A stretch of 64,000 nucleotides of DNA from Narcine bancroftii (Eukaryota), in NCBI RefSeq assembly GCF_036971445.1, contig NC_091469.1:201810001-201874000 (forward strand), in the 5' to 3' direction. This document shows positions 52,726-64,000 of this stretch, one piece after another. A program made the position numbers and the translations under genes. The number at the start of each line of letters is the position of its first letter. The first letter of the stretch is position 1. The notes beneath the pieces are model-generated. The model was not told the origin of the DNA. It made no database searches and saw only the letters and a program-made list of their open reading frames with translations.

Positions 52726-55700
52726 AATGTGCTCCAGGTACAGACTCCTTCACTTCCATAAAGTTGCATCAAAACTCCCCTACATATAATGCAGGTCAAC
52801 GTTCTTAATTGCTTGCATATTAACTTTTGTGTTTTGTGCACTAGGACACCTGGATCTCTTTGTGCACAGCCTTTTGTAGTCTCATTCCATTAAAAAAATA
52901 ATAAATTTGCTTTCGTATTCTTCCTTTTTCAAAATGGATATCCTCACATCTCCCTTTTTTTGTCTGACTATCCATCTCTCCACAGGCACTTTCTGCCCTC
53001 CAAACTTACTAACCTCTATCTTTAGATCATCAGCAAATCTGTCTGGAGTGCATTTGATCCTTTAATCCAGGTTATTAACATAGACTGGAAATAGTTGAGG
53101 CACACTACTGATCCCTGTGGCAGCCCAGAAGTTACTGATGGTCACTTTCCAAAAATTACTCATTTATTGTGACTATCTCCTGTTAATTAATTCCCTCATC
53201 CCTGTTAACACTAGCCTGAAGGCTTAAACAATTTGTTCAAGTTTATTCCTTCTGGAAATACAAATAAACTTGCATCTTGCTGGTGCCCCTATATTCCATC
53301 CAATCCTCTGGTACCTTTCCAGAATCCAGGAAGTTATAAAAGATTACAATGCATTTCTACTGTCCCTAGAATGAAGATTATTGGTCAAGAGAAGCCTTTG
53401 TCTGAGGTAGATTTAATATTTATCCAAGTGCCTTGATTATCAAATAATCTAAGATCTTATTGTATTGTACTGTGGAGACTGATCCAAACTAATTACTTAG
53501 AATCTCTGCCATTTCCTTTCATTAGTTCATCAATCTCATTTTCCAATATTCTCAAATCAATGTTTGCTTGCAATGCTCTTTTTATATATGTAGAGACTCT
53601 TATCTAATTATTTGCTAGTTTATTCTCTCTATTTTCTCCATCTTTATATTTATCTTTTGATGATTTCTAATAATTTCCCATCTCTTGCCTACCTCTATTT
53701 TGTACCACTTTGTGTGCCTTTTATTTCAAGTTTTTAACTGTCCTTAACTTCCTTGGTTGGCTATAAACTCACAAATTGGTCCAGTCTCATAACACAATTT
53801 CAAAACTAAAACTGCTTGATTCCTGATTGGTTCCTTGATGATTTGCTTCAAGAAACTATTCCACATGTTTTCTGTGCAGTCATCCTTTGCCAGTTTGATT
53901 TGTCCAATCTAAATGCTGATTAAAATCACCCAGGGTTATTACAGTTACATTCTTGATTATTTGTACTTTGTCCTACAGCATAGGTATTGTTAGGGGGCTC
54001 CTCATGGAAAATAGGTGCAGGAGTAGGCCATTCAGTCCTTTGAATCTGTTCCACCTCTTCAGCCTCTTTATTTCACATTCGTATTTTCTAATTGGTTAAT
54101 GGGAGGTTATTTGATCCATCAAATTTATTCTGGCTCCCAGAGCATTCCATCAGTCACATTTCCCATTTTATTTCACTGCAATTTATTCACCTGCCATCCC
54201 TGTACAGTCAGTGTAATCTACTACCATCTTTAGAATATGTGAGGAAACCAGAACTCCTGGGGAAAACCCATATAGTCGTGATGAGAATTTGCAGACTTCA
54301 CCTGAATCCGGATCAAATGCAGGTTGCTGAAGCAGTGCAGCAGGAACCCTTAACTGCTGCAGCAATTTTGTCTGTCCCATTTACCACTCTTTCCTCAGAG
54401 GCCTGCGAGTTCCCTCCCAAAACCTTTCCAATTCCCTTTTTAATGCTGGCTATCTCCTCTCTGTGCTGAGTCTTGAAGAACTGTTCTGACCCAAAATATT
54501 GACCAATATTTTTCTCCCACTGACGCAGTTCGACCTGCTGCATTCCTCTGACAGATTGGGTTTCTTTTCTGGCAAAAATAAGGCACTGATTAATATTGTT
54601 TCCATCCCAAGAGTCATTAAGAATGAAAGGTTGACCAATCCAAAAGTAGTAATTTGGCTCTAACTAATAATTATGTTTTGCATTAATCTCCCAGCATGGA
54701 TGGAGGTTTGGAGCTATCACAAGCAGTGTTACATTATTGGGCTTTAATAGTCTTTGTAACTCATCAATTTAACTCTGCTTCCTTTTCCCCAGCTGAAACC
54801 AAAACCTTTCACTACCAATTTCAAATGCTTTCTGTGCTGTCAGCAGTTTAAATTATTCAAAATACCACAGTCTACATCCTCATAATATCCCTGAGCTATT
54901 CTGTATAAGCACACTTTTCTCACAAGGGAATTACTCTTGCCTATTCTCTTGGCTCCCACATCAGTTCGACTGCCAGTAAACCCATATCCCATCACTTCAA
55001 GCTTGGAACCTCCATATCATTTCATATTCTCTTCCATTCATCTTGGCAGCTATAACAAAATAATCCATTTTTGTTTGATTTATAAAAAAAAAAAATGTTT
55101 TAATAGCCTGTATTTTGATAATGGAAGTGCCACTGATCACTTCTATAAATTAATGTATGGAAAGAAAATCTAGCCTGGTTTGCTTCAGAATACAGTTAAT
55201 TTGCTGTGGAAAATTTATAACTATTGTGGATTTTAAGGGTGCAGAATATAATTCCACCCACACAGAATGAAGTAGGATATAATTGAAGTGTATCCTTCAT
55301 AAATTGTACAAAAGTAATGCACTGTTAACATTGTGTGGGTAACGTTCAGCATAGGCCTTTATTGTCCAATAATTTGACTAATAGTCTACTTTACTAATTG
55401 GATATGCAGATCAAGTATTGGGACTGGAGAATTTGCTTTAGTTTTTTTGTAGCGTGCAAGTAAATTTTTTCAATGCTGGGAATTAAAATTTGTGTAACAG
55501 AGTAATTCATCAAATTTTTGCTCAAAAGAACCAAAAATGTTGTTATGGAGGTCATACCAAGGCATATTTATTTGTTCTGGAAAGTAGAATGGACACAGCT
55601 TTATTTTGCAAATTTGTGTTTTAAAATTTGCATAATCAGAGAAGAAAAACAATTTTTTTCATTAGGAATGTATAAGTGTCATGTACAATCCTCAAAACCT

Positions 55701-56884
55701 CTGGGCACTCTGGCTGTTGCAATTTAAAAAGCTACTTTTAGTACAAACATGTAATCTTTTGATCCCCTGGTTCAAAATTATTCTTATCCCTACTTGTTGG
55801 ACAGCATGGTTGGCAATAGCAGCGAGCCAAACGCCTTTATAGTGTTGTCTAAGGAATTTGTATGTTCTCCCCATGTCTACATGGATTTTCCTGGGCGCTC
55901 TGGTTTCCTCCTACCATTCAAAATGAACTGGGGGTGTTGGTTAATTGTGTGTAAATTGGGCGGCATGGACTCGTGGGCCGTAATGGCCTATCACCATGCA
56001 GTATGTCTAAATTTAAATTTTACTATCCTGAGATCTTGATCTGGATGAGGAGATAGGTCAAAAATTTACTTTTGTGTTCACAGTTGTTACTAATAAATTC
56101 AGAATCAACATCTGGAAATGAACTGGAATAAATTGCTTTCTTCTGGGTGATGAAAATGTTATTTGACTTTTTAAACCTGAATATGTGAAAGGAACTAAAA
56201 TTGATCAATTGACTTTTGCAGGTGGCAGCTAACTTTAAACACAAGAAATATAAGCAGGAGAAGCCCATTCAGCCCCTTTGACCTCCTGTGCTATTCATCA
56301 AAGTCAGGTTTTTAAATTTTTTTATTGAAATTTATAAATATATTTGATATTATACACACAACAGTATAAGAACAAGAAAAAAGTACTTTACAAGTATAAA
56401 GAAATAACAATGTATCCTAGAATAAAAATGAACATCACAACCAATGCTAAACAGAAAGAATTCAATATATCTCTTGTTCAACAGGAAAAAAAAGATAGTA
56501 ACTAACTTATCCTAAATCTATAACCCCTAAACTGAAAATAAAAAGCTGCTGGAATGCCTTAAACCACCAAAAGGGTTGCAGTAACAGTACATGGTGAATT
56601 GCCTTGTATGTAAATAAATAAGTTCAGGAAGAGATAATAAACTATTTGTAGTTATATACAAAATAGTAAATCACTATTATTCATTGAAAGTTAAAATATT
56701 CCATAAGTGTACCACATTTTATCAAACTTCAGTTTTCAAAATATTACATCAAGTGGTCAACTTTATTTATTGTTCATACTATGGTAAAGACAAGATAGCA
56801 TTTCTTCAGGACCATGGAGCATATTTACATAAATACAAGTTGAGATATAAGTTAAACACATGCAATATACATCTTAATATTTAA

Positions 56885-57500
56885 TATCTTAAGAGTCCCT
56901 GGTACCAAGGTACTCTATACACATATGTTCTAGGAATTTAGGAGTCTGATGGCTTAGGGGGGAAAAAAAAACTGTTGCCCATTCTGGACGTAAGGGCCCA
57001 GTGCTGCAGTACCTCTTACCAGATGGCAGAAGGGTGAACAGTTTACCTGAGGGGTGTGTGGCGTCCTTCATAATGTTTATTGCCTTTCGCCTGCATTGAG
57101 TGTTATATATGTCCCTCACAGTAGGAAGAAAACACTCAATGATCTTTTCCGTTGACTTCACAATCCTCTGCAGGGTCTTACAATTTGAGACAGTACAGAT
57201 TCCAAACCAGGTGGTAATGCGGTTGCACAGGATGCTCTCAATACATCCTCTGTAGAATGTAGTGCAGCGGCGGGGGAGTGGGGGGGAGGGTTGGGAGATT
57301 AACTTTCCTCAGCCTTTGCAGGAAGTAAAGGCACTGCTGAGCTTTCTTGGGTCTGGAGTTGGTGTTTAGGAAGCAGGTGAGATTCTCTCCTAAGTGCACT
57401 CCAAGAAACTTGATAGTCTGGCCACCTTAATGGTGGAGCCATCAATGGTCAGCAGAGCAAGGTCATCTCTGGGCCCTCTTGAAGTTGACCATGATCTTTT
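56885..57500 (-). mobile_element. Rex1/Babar-like LINE fragment
   Basis: RKAINIMKDATHPSGKLFTLLPSGKRY. Confidence 0.75.
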
Positions 57501-58754
57501 TTTTTTAAACATCTAATCTTCTTGAAGTTCAAGCATGATAAAGTTTGGATCATCCATTGTGCAAAACTGGGAGGGATAGAGTCCTTCCTTCTTAGCAAAA
57601 TAGGTTAGCCTATTTAAGTGCCATAAGCTATCACATGGCAGTCCGACATATGTTCATCTTAGTGGCTCTTTCAATATCCCTGATTCCCTTCAGGTCAAAA
57701 AATCTATTGATCTAAGTCTTGAATATGCTCAGTGAGTGAGTCTCCATGGCCACTTGGGAAAGTAATTCTAAAGCGTGTACTTTAGAGTGGGAGTCCAATG
57801 CAGTTAATGATTCAGTTTAATAATTTATGCAATTTACAGCAAAATAAAGCTATTCATATTCACAAGGTAATCGGAATCCTTTCTATTGTAGCTTTTATTG
57901 TTGTGCAATCTCTTGATTCATTTGATAGGACTCAAATGCAGGGAATTATTAAATTATCTGCCCATACAGTCTTGCAGTGTTTTGTGCTCTCACAATATTT
58001 TCTTGCATTACTTTCCCCTGCACCTGTAAAAGAATGTTACATTGACAGAATCTTTCTCCTTTTCTTTTTCCTGTTTATGTTGCATTTTGTCCTCTTTAGA
58101 TCATATAAGAGAAAGACACAGAGTGAAATGTATGAAGCATTTATTCGACCAATATATTTTTTTAGTATCATGGCCTTTCAGTCAAGTTTTTACTTCTTCC
58201 CAGGGATTCAAACATTCCTTCTAGCTGAAGCAGTTCCAGTCCTGAGTACTACATTCAGTGCTCACGATATGGTCTCTACATTGGAGAAATCAAACACCAC
58301 AATGGATGACTAATTTAAAGAATACTTACACTCAGGTTACAAGGATGACCTTGAGCTTTGATTCCTGCTACTTCTCAAGGTTCAAGATTCCATTCAATGT
58401 CAGTACACAATGTACAGTAAAGTTTGTTTTGTTTGCCTCATAAAGACACACCATCACATTCTAGCTCTGACCTCATTATTCCAACAGGGCCCAGCTGAGG
58501 TTAAGAATCAGCAGCTCATCTGTTATCTGGACAGGTTGTAGTGCTCACACGCTCTTGAATCTGGCAAGTTTCTGAAGCCTTTCCAATTTGTGTCAAAACT
58601 CCATATCTGAGGTTAAGGTTAACACACAATGTTAAATAGGTTCTGGCAACTTGACCTGCTGAGTGTTTCCATCATTTTTTCAATTTCCAGTGATTGCTGT
58701 AATTTCAATTTTTTTTCTCCTCTTGGTCCTCATCTCTCTCCATTTATAAATCCA

Positions 58755-59335
58755 CCCTTGTCAATGACCAAGAAAATGCACGGGCACCTCTACATCCTCA
58801 GAAGCCTGAGGAATTTCAGCAGGTCCCCTGCGTCCTTCGACAATTTCTGCAGATGCACCACTGAGAGTATCCTGTCATGATGCATCACCGCATGATAGAG
58901 GAACTGTTCTGTCTAAGACTGTAAGAAACTTCAAAGAATTTTAAATGCAGCTTAGACCATCACATATGCCACATTTACTCCTCCATTTACTCCATCTACA
59001 CTCCCTTTATTTTGGAGAAACAGCCTCAAGACTTGTGCCACACTGATCACAATATCTTTTACCACTCCTATGGGGAAGAAGATTCATTGGTGTGAGATCA
59101 TGTACCACCAGATTTATAGACAAATTTCTTTCCCACCATTATCAAACTCGTGAAGAAACTTCATCACTCTAAAATAACATTGCTTTTGGTTTTTTTCTAA
59201 CTGATTTCACTTTGTAGCTTTGCACACTGTACTGTGTTTTGTATTGTTCTTTATATGGGTCGGCTAGCTGGATTGCATGCAAATCCTCGGTATGAGGTAT
59301 CTCAGTGTCCATGACAATAAACTTGAACTGTGTCA
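58755..59335 (+). mobile_element. Rex1/Babar-like LINE 3' fragment
   Basis: KKMHGHLYILRSLRNF...NFCRCTTESILS; tail ATGACAATAAACTTGAAC. Confidence 0.7.
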
Positions 59336-59759
59336 TCTGGACTCTTGAGACTCTAATTGGCCATGAACATTCAGTTTGATTTCTCTTTGTCTCCAACTTT
59401 TACTTTTTTCTAATTTGGATGAGAAGCTATTGACGTTAAAAATGAATGATTTCTTTAGTTGTAATGCCTGACATGATGGGCATAATTTTGTATATATTCT
59501 TGTTACATATGAAAAACAGTAGCCAAATTGCAAACAGCAAGCTTGTTCATAGGAATGCAATAATAACTATTTTTAGAGTCATTGTTTGAGCAGTCAATCC
59601 ATAATGGTAAAAGCACTGGTGATAATCATCCTTGACTTGACAGCGTTCTCTTCAGTTCTGCACCACAAACCAGCATGGATTCTTTGGAGTGGGATGTGAA
59701 CCAACAACTTTCTGAATCACAGGAAAGATTGTCAACTCAGTTACTGCAAATACTTTAAA

Positions 59760-60750
59760 AGCATTAAAATTTCCAGCTTTTTTAAGGTGCCATGTCAAAG
59801 GCTATTGTGAAATATAAAAGATTATGGTGCAAGAAGTAATATTGGCATGTAAAGACACAAGATATTGAACCATTATGAGCAAGATGTAAGGAGTGGATGG
59901 AACAATGGTTGAAGGAGCCACCAGAAATATGTTAATGAAGTGGACATAGACTATAATGGAACTTAGGCTGAGTAAAGATGTGGCAAATGATGTTTAATGT
60001 GGGAAAATGTCAAATTGTTTAGATTGACAGGTAAAATAAAAAGTGATCTAAATGGTGAGTGATTGAAGAGTTCTTGGATGCAGAGTGATCTGGTGTCCTA
60101 GGGCAAGATTCATAGAAGGCTAGTAGTCAGGTACAGAAAGAAATTAGGAAAATTAAGTTTTATTGTTTGTTGGGGGAATTGAATTCATGAGTATAGTGGT
60201 TGTGCTCTACGGCATTGGTAAGATCACTTTTGGAGTATTATGAACAGAATTGATCTTGTATAAAGATTGATACAAGTCTTCTGGAAGCTGTTCAGGGAAG
60301 GTTAATATCTGGAATGGATGAGTTATCTCTTGAGGAAACATTGAATAGACTGAGCTTGTATCTGCCAGAGTTCAGAAGAATGAGAGGTGGCTAAAATATA
60401 AGAAAAATCTTGAGGAGTCTTGACAGGGTGGCTACAGAGAGCATATTCCTTCTTGTGAGAGAATTTAGAACAAGAGGTTCATGGTTTTAAATATTAGAAT
60501 GCCCATTAAGAAAGAGATGAGGTGATTTATTTTTCACCTCCGAGTTGAGTCTTTGAAACTCTCTTCATTAATGGGCATTAATAGCTGACTTTTTGAGTAT
60601 TTTTAAAGCAATGGTGGGTAGAATCTTGATAAGCAGAGGGATGAAAGTTTCCCACAGGATGAAAGGATGTGGAGTTGAGGTTGCAATCAGGTCTTAAATA
60701 ATGTCAGCCATGAAGAGCCAAGACTTTCTCCAACTGCTAATTCATATGTT
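59760..60750 (+). mobile_element. Degraded CR1-like LINE
   Basis: Remnant motifs TGGCAAATGATGTTTAATGTGGGAAAATGT, CATTGGTAAGATCACTTTTGGAGTATT, GAGTTCAGAAGAATGAGAGGTG. Confidence 0.65.
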
Positions 60751-63700
60751 TGCATGTTGTGCTATTTCATGTTTAATATTCAGATAATTATAGCTATTTG
60801 TCCAATGTGGCTTAAGAATATGTCTAATTTTTCTAATGTAGAGTTTTATCAAAATCGTGGCACAGAATTCACATGTGTCCATTTGAAGTCTCTGCATTTA
60901 ATTGATGAACTTATCCAAAGTTAACTTTCAGAGTAGCTACTTTGAGATCACAGCTATCCTAATAACAGCACCTTCTGGGGAAAAATTATTAGTCTGACTC
61001 CACACATATTTCAAGCCCAGCAACAGCACGATGGAGGCTTCATCACACACATTGTAGAATTTAATGGAAAATAATCATAGAAGATCAATAGTTTGAATTT
61101 TACATTTTACATGTCGCTAGCACTCTTTGCATAATTATGTTAGTGGCAGCAACACATTTGAAATCGCACCTGGGAATCTGAAGGTTGGTGTCAGTTTTTA
61201 ATACCCAGATGCTCCACTGTTTAGGTGCTTTTACAAGTATAATTTCAACTGGGTTATTATAAAGCAATACAGAGGAGTGCGGAGAAACTCAGCAGGTCAT
61301 GCAGCCTTCATAGGAAATAAAAGGTAGCCTTTATGAGCAAAAAAGCAGGCAAACACTTTTGTGTATTGCACTACAATCACAGCATCTGCAGACTTTCCTA
61401 TTTAACTGAGTTTTTATAAAACCATGTTTTGCGAAATACCCTGAAAATTTGCTTTGTGGCAAGGGATGTGAAGAAGATTTTGATGGGAGTACCAAGCTAC
61501 AATTACTGTTAGCAAGCTCTTTGCAACTACTGGTTTAAGAATGACTGAACTCAGGCTCAGCTGATGCTGTGTAAATTGGATGAAGGTTTCTGCCTCTCCT
61601 GCCCTTTCAGGCAGTGAATTGTAGAGCCCACTGGCTCTGAGTGAAAGAAATATTCTAATAATGACAACATATTTATGCCTCTTAGTCCCTATTTACTTTT
61701 TCCAGCCCCTTCATAATTTTATTCATCTCAATTAGTCTCTCTTCAACTGCCAAAGAAAATTTCTACAACAATCCAATGCTTTCTCATGGGCTTTTATTTT
61801 TAACCCTGGCAATATCCTTGTGAATCTCCTCTCCAATGCAGTTATATTTTTCCTGCAGTGATGAGAAGAGCTACAGGCAGTTCTTAAAGCTGTGATCTAA
61901 GGCTGTTGTATAACTTCCTCAATCCTATAATCTATAACATGGCTAATGAAAAAACACATCCACTCTACTTGTTTAATCACTGTCCTTCTGTCATCATGAT
62001 TTGAGTGCATATGGCCCAAGGACTGTTTCTATTCCTATTTATCTTCCCACTCAATATTCCCCTTTGTTGTGTATCCCTTTGCCTCATTAAATTTCACATG
62101 TATTTTGATTAAGGTTCAAGGTTGTATTGTAATAATACGTTCAAATTGAAACATACATGAGATACTTCAATTTTTGTCTGGTTTTATGGCAAACAAAGAA
62201 TCGCCATGAGCATTGCTCGGCACCTCTATCAACAGGAGAATGCAAAGCAAAACGGAGTCCGCGGCTTTGCCCTCCAGCACTTCCACATCCTCTGCAGATG
62301 CCCAGACTCCTGTTCCAACCATCACAACCTGAGCTTCAGATCCAAACTTTCGATATTATCGGAAAACCTTCAGCCACCGAGGTCTTTTGGGCGTCCTCAA
62401 CACCCTCTCAATCCTGGCTCTGCTAGCTCGTTCCATGAGCCAGCCTTCAGCAGCCCCCAGCCGTATTGCCTGCATTTCGTTAGCCACATTGCCCAAATAA
62501 CAAGACCACGAGTATCTTCCTGCCTGCAGTCCAAAGCTTTAATCCTCCGTGTTATCCACACAGCCGTCTGCAAACTTCTTTGTTAACATTTTAATCAAGA
62601 TCATTAATATATTAGAAAAAGAAATGGTCTGAATAATGAGCCCTGTAACAGAAATGCAGTGGGAGGGATATTGTTTTACCATTTTATTTCTGCTACTGAG
62701 CCAAATGTGGATTTAATGTGTTACTTTGGATCATATGTGTTTCCCACCCCTCCCCCCAACCTCCACTCAAAAGTCCTGCTAAAATCTATTTAAAATAAAC
62801 GTACAATCCTAATGAATTGTCCCTGTCCCGTGGGCAATTCCGAGCTCTCTGGTGCTGCGGGTATGAAATTTGTTTACCTCCCTGTGACCACATGGGTTTG
62901 CTCCAGATGTTCTGGTTTTCTCCTACATCCCAAAGACACGGTTGCTGTTTAGTGAGTTGGCCACTGCAACGGACTCCTCACGACAGGAGGACCAGAATCG
63001 AGGGCCGGGAGGCTGAATGGACAAATGGGATTGAATTGGGAGTTTTTTTGAGAGCCAGCATGACCTTTGCCTTCTACATGAAGGTTTAACAAACCTTTCA
63101 GGATAGATTGCAATAATTCGCCCACCACCACAGTTAAAACAATTGCTTTGGTTCAAGGTTAAAACCATGACAATAACACAACATGACAGTTAAAACAATT
63201 GGTGCGATTAAACAAGGCACAGATGCAAGTTCCTTGTGTGCATTCCCCAGCGTTTCGCAACATTCAGGGTCACGGAAAAAGAGCATCTTCGTTTTTACAA
63301 TTCTGTGTGTGCGTGTCTTCCTGTCCCTTAAATTGATGACCAGGTAACTGGGTGGAATGTACAGTAATGGAATGAGCAACATTTGTGAACGTGACCGTGG
63401 AATCGCTCTTCATTTGCCACTGAATGTCACTAACTCCGTTTCTGTCTCCGCGAGCGCTGCTTGATGTGCAGAGAAATGGCCAGCATTTAAATTTTTTATC
63501 TCTACTCTCCAGCATCAGCAGCATGTTGCTTTTGTTTTGTCTTCCTTTCCCTTTGTTGGTAAAATGGAAATTTGGACGCCTGCCAGATTTTGTACTCCGT
63601 TGGAGAGAACGGGCAATTTCAGTCCTGCTACCCCATGCGACTGGATGGGTGAAGCAGAGAGAATTCCAACATTAATCCAGGGTGAGGTTTACAATGACTT

Positions 63701-63829
63701 TACGGGGTTGTCGCATTGCAATTGCAAGGTCTTCTGGTAGAATTGTGTTTGTGCATCTTTGAAACGCGTTATATAAGAAAAAAAATGAGTAAATACGTGA
63801 AAGCAGCTCTGCACATTTTATGAACGATG

Positions 63830-64000
63830 CCTCTCACTCGGTGGCGCTGCTTGGCCGGCCGCTTCTGATTGGCTGAAGGTTTCCAAGCACCCTGCACCCC
63901 AGCCGTAACGCCAGAGTCAACCAAACCAGAAGCAAGTCGGACACGCCCAACCTCTGTGATGTCATGTGATCGACGTCCACCAGGTTGAACACTAGGAAAG
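63830..64000 (+). promoter_or_regulatory. Start of a CpG-rich promoter for the next gene (possibly SCAI by synteny)
   Basis: Rise in CpG; CCAAT box (CTGATTGGCT ~63866), CACGCCC KLF/Sp site, GTCATGTGA E-box. Gene identity is inference only. Confidence 0.5.

Overview
Vertebrate genomic DNA; the repeat landscape (CR1, Rex1/Babar-like, L1, RTE, Penelope-like hairpins, tRNA-derived SINEs) suggests a cartilaginous fish (inference). Three intact spliced genes lie in the conserved vertebrate order: HSPA5/BiP (+, 9 coding exons, 650 aa, KDEL, ERSE promoter), RABEPK (-, 7 coding exons, 374 aa) and PPP6C (+, 7 exons, 305 aa). RABEPK and PPP6C are head-to-head, with start codons only ~480 bp apart. A probable further promoter sits at the right edge. 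The first 7.7 kb is the most unusual part. An ERV-L-like (class III) gag-pro-pol ORF stays open for 1123 codons despite several internal deletions, and sits directly behind a deleted Ty3/Gypsy element rather than its own LTR. In the first Gypsy element the primer-binding position is a perfect 14-nt reverse complement of the LTR poly(A)-signal region; a second, diverged element shows an 8-nt version of the same match. Introns hold nested transposons, a G-rich 28-bp minisatellite, a perfect 16-bp minisatellite and an assembly gap. A 5'-inverted RTE copy lies just downstream of PPP6C. All family assignments are from motif recognition by eye; no searches were run.
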